Source: Candidatus Latescibacterota bacterium (GTDB lineage: Bacteria; Latescibacterota; UBA2968; GCA-2709665). Taken from it: 64,000 nucleotides of DNA. The stretch is from positions 320,001 to 384,000 of the forward strand of contig CAXXJS010000010.1 in the NCBI GenBank assembly GCA_963662665.2. The letters run 5' to 3'. Below, one piece after another: positions 1 through 6,509 of the stretch (position 1 is its first letter; each line of letters starts with the position of its first letter). The position numbers were made by a program, and so were the translations under genes. The notes beneath the pieces are model-generated. The model was not told the origin of the DNA. It did no database searches and saw only the letters and a list, made by a program, of their open reading frames with translations.

Positions 1-16
1 CAGACGGGACATGTAA

Positions 17-796
17 TTAGGTTTTAGTGACCTCCTTTGCAAGGGTGATTTTGTGTGGTGTACGTAGGGGACGCGGAGACCGATAGCTGTGACCGTCGAG
101 GATGATGCGGTAGGCGGCGTGTCGCAGTCGGTCGAGTGTTGCGGCGCCGAGGAGTCGATTGGAGAAGGCGTTACCCCACTCGTTGAAGTCGAGGTTGGAG
201 GTGACGATAGTGGCAGCGCGTTCATAGCGTTCGGCGATGAGGTCATGGAAGTCGTCCTCGTGCGGCGGGCTAAGGGGTCGGAGTCCGAAGTCATCGATGA
301 CGAGGAGGGGGACCTTGGCCAGGGCGTGGAAACGGCGATCGAAGGTATGGGTGGCTCTGGCGGCGTGCAGGTGTCCCAACAGTTTGGTTTGTGTGTAGAA
401 GAGCACATCGTAGCCGTTGCGGACGGCGCAGTGGCCTAAGGCTTGGGCGATGTGGCTTTTGCCAGTGCCGCAGGGTCCGGCGATGAGGACAGCGACCTTC
501 TCGTGGATGAAGTGGCAGGACGCCAGTTCCTGGATTTGCGTCTGATTGATCTTGGGATTGAAGGAGAAGTCAAAGCCTTCGAGGGTTTTTTCGTTTCTGA
601 AGCCTGCGCGACGTACTCTGAGGGCGAACTTTTTCTGTTCGCGTCTTGCGACTTCGTCCTGGATGAGTAAGGCGAGGAACTCAGCATAGGACAACTGTTT
701 TTCGGTGGCCTCGCGGTTTCTTATCGGCAGGGATTCGACGATGCCGGACAAACGCAGTTGTTTGAGCAAGGGCGCCAGCTCAGGCATGGGGTTCAT
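17..796 (-). CDS. istB: IS21 helper AAA+ ATPase IstB
   Basis: LKQLRLSG N-terminus, KTLEGFDFSF, Walker A GPCGTGKSH, Walker B LLVIDDFG, ATLDRL-H, GHSYR. ATG at 796 overlaps the istA stop. Confidence 0.95.
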   Translation of the reverse strand: MNPMPELAPLLKQLRLSGIVESLPIRNREATEKQLSYAEFLALLIQDEVARREQKKFALRVRRAGFRNEKTLEGFDFSFNPKINQTQIQELASCHFIHEKVAVLIAGPCGTGKSHIAQALGHCAVRNGYDVLFYTQTKLLGHLHAARATHTFDRRFHALAKVPLLVIDDFGLRPLSPPHEDDFHDLIAERYERAATIVTSNLDFNEWGNAFSNRLLGAATLDRLRHAAYRIILDGHSYRSPRPLRTPHKITLAKEVTKT

Positions 797-2367
797 GGCC
801 GTGTCTCCTTGGAATGGGCAGCGTTGTCTATGTGATGGAACAGATCGGTTGTCTCTCTGCAAAAAAGCCCAGCGCCTTTATAGACGTCAGGCAGCTTATC
901 GGGCGTGTTTGGTGTGTCGGGCTGCTGGTCGAGTCCCCGATCCAGGATGGTTTTGACGGTGCGATACAGGGGACTGTCGAAAGCCAATGCGCGGGCGCAG
1001 GCGGCTTCCAGGCGGGCGGGGCCATAGCGTTTTTCCATCCTGATGACCCCTTGTGCCGCGCGTAGCTTGTCGAGGACCCTGTCTGCAAAGAGGCACTCGA
1101 TGAGCTCCCGGCAGGCCGGCCCGATGCGTTTGGCCTGTTTCAAGCACCATTGCGGATCTCGCATCTTGTAGGCCCTGGCGTCGGGTGGCAGATGGTCATC
1201 CACAGTGGAACGGGCGCCGGGATTGTGCAGACGGGAATGGGCGGCCACCAGTTGTTGATCCTTGTAGATCCGGACCGTGGTTGGTCCTGCCCGCAGCCAG
1301 AGGTCGCGGCGCACGAGGCTAAAAGGCACACTGTAGCGGCACTTTTCGAACTGCACGTGGCAGTCGCCGTGTACTTTGACGGGGGTCCAGGACGCTTCTT
1401 CAGGGGGGATATCGGGCAAAGGCGTGAGGAGATGACGCTCGGTTTGCGCAAAGCGGTTCAGCGGCTTTTCCTGCGTGGTGCCGTGGATGCGGTTGCCGGC
1501 GATGGAGAGCACCCATTCTCGAAGTTGTGCATTGGCGTCGGCCACGCTTCGGAAGTCGCGTAGTGGCAGGAAGTTTCTCTTCACATATTTGACGCCGGCC
1601 TCGACGCGTCCCTTCTTCTTGGGGTCTCGTGGGGGACACGGTGAGATGAGAAAGCCATAGCCTTCGGCGCAGGCGGCGTAAGCACGCTGCACGCCCGGAT
1701 CGTAATAACACGCGCGGGTGATGGCGCTCTTGGGGTTATCGATCATCACCCTTTTGGGCACACCAGCGAAGAACTCGAAGGCGTGGCGGTGGCAAAGCAA
1801 CCACGTCGCGACCTTCTGGTCGGTGACGAACGCCGCGTATTGGTGACGACTCCAGGCCAGGACCATGACAAAGACCCAGGTCGAGCAGACCTGGCCCGTA
1901 TGCACGTCCTGGATGCGTGGACCGGCGCCAAAGTCCACCTGCGCAACATCGCCCGGAGAGAAACCCAGAACCGTCGTGACCCGCGGATGGGTCTGTTCCA
2001 ACCCCTGCAGAAAACGGCGGATGGACGAGTAACTGCCGGAAAATCCGTACTTGCAAACAAGCGCCTGGTGGATCGTCGTACCCTGGATGCCCTGTCGCCA
2101 CCAGCGGGTGACTTCCTCCCGATACGGGAGCACCAGGGAAACAGCCGCACGGGTCGAAGCCAACTCCAACACTTTCGCAAGCGTGGCTTCCTCAGGCACG
2201 GGATTGCATAGGTCCAGAAAACCGTGACGAGCAGCAAGGCGGCGCAGTTGACCCACTTTCTTGCGACCCATCAATCCGGCTTCGGCAATCGCGCGGTCGG
2301 ACTGTCCCAACCGCATGCGGACAATCACGTGTCGGTATTCGTGCATCTCGAACCTCCGGTTTGACAT
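793..2367 (-). CDS. istA: IS21-family DDE transposase IstA
   Basis: N-terminal HTH, GSYSSIRRF, PGDVAQVDFG, FAGVPKRVMIDNPKS, PRDPKKKGRVEAGVKYV, RIHGTT, YSVP. Confidence 0.95.
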   Translation of the reverse strand: MSNRRFEMHEYRHVIVRMRLGQSDRAIAEAGLMGRKKVGQLRRLAARHGFLDLCNPVPEEATLAKVLELASTRAAVSLVLPYREEVTRWWRQGIQGTTIHQALVCKYGFSGSYSSIRRFLQGLEQTHPRVTTVLGFSPGDVAQVDFGAGPRIQDVHTGQVCSTWVFVMVLAWSRHQYAAFVTDQKVATWLLCHRHAFEFFAGVPKRVMIDNPKSAITRACYYDPGVQRAYAACAEGYGFLISPCPPRDPKKKGRVEAGVKYVKRNFLPLRDFRSVADANAQLREWVLSIAGNRIHGTTQEKPLNRFAQTERHLLTPLPDIPPEEASWTPVKVHGDCHVQFEKCRYSVPFSLVRRDLWLRAGPTTVRIYKDQQLVAAHSRLHNPGARSTVDDHLPPDARAYKMRDPQWCLKQAKRIGPACRELIECLFADRVLDKLRAAQGVIRMEKRYGPARLEAACARALAFDSPLYRTVKTILDRGLDQQPDTPNTPDKLPDVYKGAGLFCRETTDLFHHIDNAAHSKETRP

Positions 2368-2469
2368 CTTGTATCCCTCCTGACTTGTGCGAATAGTTAT
2401 CCACTGTGTCGTCAGAAGGTAAACAACGATGAACGGAATGCCCGAGACCCCTTTTCCGGTTACCTCACA

Positions 2470-2570
2470 TGGCGCTATTACGGCGATCCTCGCGTGGCGC
2501 TATTACGGCGATCCCCACGTGGCGCCATTATGGCGATCCCCAAATGGCTCCATATGCCCGATCACTAACA
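2470..2570. repeat. IS21 terminal multiple repeats (4 copies, 25-bp period)
   Basis: TGGCGCTATTACGGCGATC-like units start at 2470, 2495, 2520 and 2545; the last ends in ...CACTAACA. Confidence 0.88.
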
Positions 2571-2593
2571 CATTTCTCCCCTCCTGTTCATTC

Positions 2594-2632
2594 TTTCGCC
2601 CAGGGCTTAATTGCGGAAAGCCCTGGGCGAAA
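2594..2632. terminator. 15-bp perfect-stem hairpin
   Basis: TTTCGCCCAGGGCTT / AAGCCCTGGGCGAAA immediately after the stop of the 2638-3012 gene. Confidence 0.65.
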
Positions 2633-2637
2633 TTTAT

Positions 2638-3012
2638 CTACTTGTTCAGCATTTCTGAATCGAGATAAATTTTACCGCTTTCGACGTGCAGGTAGATGAT
2701 TCTGCCTATGCTGCCGCAGACAACGAAGTAGTAATTTTTATCGATAGGGGAACGAAGCCAACCACCACTTTCCCTAAAACTGTCCATCGAACAACGATAG
2801 GACATTAGGAGACGAGCGGCGGCATAGAGAAATTGTTTTTGGTATATGTGGTAGTCATCCGAATGTGATACTACGTCGATTAATTCATCTGGATATGTTG
2901 AAGTTTCGAGCACATCCGGTTCTTGTTTTTGTCTACCGTAAGCAAAAATGCAACTGGTTATGATTATACCACTCATGAACCAAACAAGTCGGGACAACCA
3001 GGTACGTAGCAT
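2638..3012 (-). CDS. Membrane-anchored or exported hypothetical protein (SDDY...C...GGW...YF..CG domain)
   Basis: GGGAGG RBS, N-terminal hydrophobic segment, compact domain with two Cys. Confidence 0.7.
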   Translation of the reverse strand: MLRTWLSRLVWFMSGIIITSCIFAYGRQKQEPDVLETSTYPDELIDVVSHSDDYHIYQKQFLYAAARLLMSYRCSMDSFRESGGWLRSPIDKNYYFVVCGSIGRIIYLHVESGKIYLDSEMLNK

Positions 3013-3529
3013 TTTATCCTCCCATAAATAAAGGCGTTAAGTACCGACACTTTGCCGGTACTTAACGCCTAATATATATCAGAGGATATGTTGGACGATA
3101 TCTGTTTTTCTAATAATTCCATTTTCTCTCCTGTGGCTCTTGCAAAGCCGTTTTGAAATTGGTGACGGGCCTTGCAAGCATCACAGGAGAGTGAGCCTCG
3201 CCTATTCGCCTGTTCCAGGGCTATTATATTCAGCGAGAAACCCGTCCCGCAGGTTTCTCCCGTGATGCTTGCATTGTAAAGATAGTCAATGCTGCTTATC
3301 TAATCAAGTGATAATAATGCTCAGGCCCGAGGAGCGTCGCTCCTCGGGCCTGAAAATACTTTTGTTGTTTGTAAGACAACCATCGATCCCAGATCCTCGC
3401 GCTTCGAGCGCCGGGGAGGGTCGGGGGTTTCTTGTTTTGAGGTTAATTTTAACTTGTGCAGTAATTTATCATGCTGTATCTTAATGGCAGAGTTGGGTAA
3501 GTGGAATATTTAATGAAAAGGAGATAAAA

Positions 3530-3739
3530 ATGTCAAAAGATAATGATACTGATAAATCCTCAGACGATACGCCTATACCTGACGATCCCACAGATATTGG
3601 TTCTAATGTTAAGGGACATGGACGAAGGAAGCCTGTAGTAGAGAGGCGATCCACTGGTAGTGCTTATCAGAAACGTCCAACTGTGCAACCCAAAGCACAA
3701 GAACAAAAACCTGGAAAGCGAGGAAAAGGGTCGCAATGA
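3530..3739 (+). CDS. Small peptide with an acidic/Pro-rich then basic composition (69 aa)
   Basis: Strong RBS AAAGGAGA before the ATG. Overlaps the 3' end of the opposite-strand gene. Confidence 0.45.
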   Translation: MSKDNDTDKSSDDTPIPDDPTDIGSNVKGHGRRKPVVERRSTGSAYQKRPTVQPKAQEQKPGKRGKGSQ

Positions 3740-4142
3740 CTGATGTATGCCATTTTTTTCTAATACCGTGTTGGTTTTTTTCAAATTCCACACCTGCATA
3801 GTACACCATATCTCGTTTGAATATTTCATCTTCTTTTTGAATTTCTCTTGCATGTAGACTTCCCGGGTTAATTAATCGAACACTTCCCTGATGCCGTCCC
3901 CATAAACACAGAGTTACTGTGATAAAGCAAATTAGCAGAGTAAGAATTATCCAAAAGCCAGTAATTTCTATTTTAGCGGTTTTTGCGATAAGCGGTACTG
4001 CAGCAGTAATGGATAATGAGATAGACAATATTGAATGGAACAGCCTATTAACTGAGTTCCATTGTTGACGCATTTTTTCAAATGAGTCAATGGCAATTTC
4101 ATAAGCCAGATCTACCGAGGGGTATTTGCTATTTTGCTCCAT
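3609..4142 (-). CDS. Three-TM membrane protein (2TM-loop-1TM topology, reminiscent of PycTM/DUF5706 effectors)
   Basis: RBS AAGGAGA, N-terminal helix, two adjacent hydrophobic helices, soluble loop, third helix after KNQHGIRKKW. Confidence 0.7.
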   Translation of the reverse strand: MEQNSKYPSVDLAYEIAIDSFEKMRQQWNSVNRLFHSILSISLSITAAVPLIAKTAKIEITGFWIILTLLICFITVTLCLWGRHQGSVRLINPGSLHAREIQKEDEIFKRDMVYYAGVEFEKNQHGIRKKWHTSVIATLFLAFQVFVLVLWVAQLDVSDKHYQWIASLLQASFVHVP

Positions 4143-4248
4143 GTTAGATCTCCTTAAAAGTATTTAACAAGGGTTAAAAATAGCAAACTTTTCTTGCTAC
4201 ACAAGAGTAAAATGTAAAGCAAGGTTTAAATTTAAAGGGGTGATAGTA

Positions 4249-4488
4249 ATGGGCGAACAGTCTTTTAAGATAGGGGATACAGTGAAATTAAAAGGAGGTG
4301 GCCCCATAATGACTATATCTGGGAATTCGACAGAAATTGATCCAAGTGAGTCTTTTGCCTGGTGTTGCGAATGGATTGATGCAAAAGGTAGTTCACAGTA
4401 TAAATACTATTCCCCAGCTATGCTTAAATCTGTTCAAACAAGGTGCAAGGGGCTGGAATCCGGGCAAAAGGATTGCATCGGTTATTAA
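4249..4488 (+). CDS. YodC/DUF2158 family small protein
   Basis: FKIGDTVKLKGGGPIMTI...C-W motif. RBS GGGGTGA before ATG 4249. Confidence 0.85.
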   Translation: MGEQSFKIGDTVKLKGGGPIMTISGNSTEIDPSESFAWCCEWIDAKGSSQYKYYSPAMLKSVQTRCKGLESGQKDCIGY

Positions 4489-4512
4489 TTAGATCTTTTA
4501 GTTTACCCTAAT

Positions 4513-4541
4513 AAAAGCCCGGAGCTATTTTTCGGGCTTTT
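4513..4541. terminator. Bidirectional intrinsic terminator between convergent genes
   Basis: AAAAGCCCG...CGGGCTTTT. Confidence 0.65.
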
Positions 4542-4665
4542 TGCCTTTACATTTCTGCTTTGGCTTTATTGAACTATCGGCCGACGGTTTTTTCACAGGC
4601 TGTAAAATGATCCGACGAACTTCCTCCGGCGTTTGGTCAATCTTAAACCGCTCTTCCTTTTTCAT
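4525..4665 (-). CDS. 46-aa ORF translationally coupled to the IS1595 transposase
   Basis: ATGA overlap with the transposase stop. Translates as MKKEERFKIDQTPEEVRRIILQPVKKP...; below the ORF-track cutoff. Confidence 0.55.
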   Translation of the reverse strand: MKKEERFKIDQTPEEVRRIILQPVKKPSADSSIKPKQKCKGKKPEK

Positions 4666-5579
4666 TCCGTTAATTCCCTATAACGTAACTGACTCCATTG
4701 TAGGTTGTGGGCGATTATTTTCATTATGCCGTAAGTCCCTTTGTCCCGATAGTTGTTGCGCAATACGAATTCCTGCACATATCGGTTAAGGTGTTTGAGG
4801 CTCATATAATGGTAGGTTCCCTTGTAGGCGCGTTTGAGCAAAGACCAAAAGGATTCGATACCGTTTGTGTGGACATCCCCTTCAACGAATTTCCATTTGG
4901 AGTGTGTAACAACCTCGTGTTCGTAATAAGCGAGCATTCCAAAGTATGCCTTGTGATCGTCAGTATATAGCGTTGACAGAACCTGAATCCAGTATCTGAG
5001 CTGGTATTCTATTGTTTGTTGTGTAGTGTTGATGGGCACCATAGCCTTTACCTGCTTTGTTTCTCGTTCTCGAACGCCAAGGACCGGAAACTTTTCGTGC
5101 ACTCCGCGCCCCTTACCGAGCGCCAGCTTTCTTCCATAGTGCATATTCTTCTTTAGGCCACCGACGTATGTTTCGTCCGCCTCCACTGTCCCCGTAAACT
5201 TGCCGCTGTCTTCTTCACACGCCTTTCTGATCCGGTGTCCAAGGTACCATGCGCTTTTTTGCGTAATGCCGAGGTCCTTTGCTAACTGAGTGGAGGCGAT
5301 CCCTTTGGGCTGACACATAAGGTAAATCGCCCAAACCCACTTACGCAAGGGAAGTTTGGAACTGTGGAGCAGGGTTCCGGTTCTTATCGTGAATTTCTTT
5401 TGACAGGTATTGCAACGATATGCCTTCGGCGAACACTCTTTCCGTAAGCGAACATCTTCACTCCCACAACTCCGGCAAAAGACCCCGCTGGGCCAAAGGT
5501 GTTCAGCAAACCATTCCTCAGCGGCTTCTTCTGTTGGAAACATTTCTTGCAGCTTAAACATTGAAATTTCATTAGCCAT
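4662..5579 (-). CDS. IS1595-family (ISXO2-like) transposase
   Basis: Zn ribbon CRSC...CNTC, HTH, VEADETYVGG, LYTDD, HTNGIESFWSLLKR, KHLNRYVQEF. AGGAG RBS before ATG 5579. Confidence 0.95.
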   Translation of the reverse strand: MANEISMFKLQEMFPTEEAAEEWFAEHLWPSGVFCRSCGSEDVRLRKECSPKAYRCNTCQKKFTIRTGTLLHSSKLPLRKWVWAIYLMCQPKGIASTQLAKDLGITQKSAWYLGHRIRKACEEDSGKFTGTVEADETYVGGLKKNMHYGRKLALGKGRGVHEKFPVLGVRERETKQVKAMVPINTTQQTIEYQLRYWIQVLSTLYTDDHKAYFGMLAYYEHEVVTHSKWKFVEGDVHTNGIESFWSLLKRAYKGTYHYMSLKHLNRYVQEFVLRNNYRDKGTYGIMKIIAHNLQWSQLRYRELTE

Positions 5580-5919
5580 TTTATTAACTCCTAAAATAGT
5601 AACTATAAGGTAATTCATAATAACGTAGATGACAAGGGAATTCCCAGGGGGAGGGAAATGACAAGATTTATCTTGTCACTGACAGGGGAGGATTGGTATA
5701 ATATTGGCGCGTTAATTATAGGGTCGTGCGGCCGGGGCGATGAACGTTTCTGCGCTAACAGAAACTGCTAAAGCCATCGCCCGGCTGCATTATGTGTACC
5801 TTTTTTCTAGCCGTCACATTATCACCCCCTTTAAACGCCGTTTAAAGGTTCTTAGTCTTTGTTATTGTTATAATTATTGGAATTTAACGAAGTTTGAAAA
5901 AAATGCAACTTTTTTTGTG

Positions 5920-6414
5920 TCACTTTTGTATATAGTCCCCTTCGCTTTTAACCACCGTTCCGGCTCCAATCACGGAGACAACCATCACTCCCGCGATGGT
6001 CCGGCCTTCGGCCATCCAACCTCCCGGGACCCGATATTCCCTGTCTTCCCACCGCAGCGTCAGGTTTGCGATGGTCCATACCGTATCCATCCGTACCGCG
6101 TAGTTCCGAAACGGCACAAGGATCAGATCCCCGGAGATGACCCGGGGCGACGACACCAGAGGCCACCACGACCGGTTCGTTTCCTCGTTGGTAACGCTGT
6201 CTCGCCGGACGCGGATCAACTTTCCTTCGGACACGACAGCTTCCGCCGTATACCCGCCCGCGGCCCTGACGTAATCGACGACGGTCCGTTCCGCGCTGTG
6301 GGCATACCGTCCGGGGCGCGCCACGGCGCCGGAAACGGTAACCGCGGCCTCTTCTCCCGAGCAGGCCGCAAGAACGAGGGCCAGAGCCAGGCAGGCTGGC
6401 GGGTTCCAGTTCAT
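5920..6414 (-). pseudogene. SLBB-domain lipoprotein, probably truncated by the IS1595 element
   Basis: Lipobox LAAC and SLBB motif VTVSGAVARPGRY...AAGGYTAEA. The last codons (DYIQK*) come from the element end. Confidence 0.65.
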
Positions 6415-6509
6415 GGATCGCTCCATCGCAAACCCTGTGATGTGCCGGAATCTCCCGTACTCCGTCACCCCACTCGCCCCCGCGCGCAGTCTGCATTGCC
6501 CGGAGACGT

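Larger units (their letters stand above)
1..2570 (-). mobile_element. IS21-family insertion sequence (one end at 2570, other end left of the window)
   Basis: istA-istB pair with ATGA overlap. Minus-strand terminus begins TGTTAGTGATCGG at 2570 and is followed by tandem 25-bp-period repeats, as is typical of IS21 ends. Confidence 0.93.
2571..5940 (-). mobile_element. IS1595-family element with passenger genes (AT-rich); second end not in window
   Basis: Abrupt switch to AT-rich sequence at about 5940. Minus-strand end reads GGGGACTATATACAAAAGTGACAC. Contains an IS1595 transposase and small cargo ORFs. Confidence 0.7.

Noticed and set aside
2470-2570. Regular repeats resembling a mini CRISPR array
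   Set aside because: The 25-bp period leaves only about 6 nt between units, there are no cas genes, and they sit at the IS21 end where transposase-binding repeats are expected.
3032-3070. Hairpin as an integron attC site
   Set aside because: It lacks properly placed RYYYAAC/GTTRRRY boxes and extrahelical bases, and no integron integrase is present.
3215-3240. GGGCTATTATATTCAGCG as the second IS1595 terminal repeat
   Set aside because: Poor match to the 5940 end; AT-rich cargo continues to its left and the SLBB gene does not resume there.
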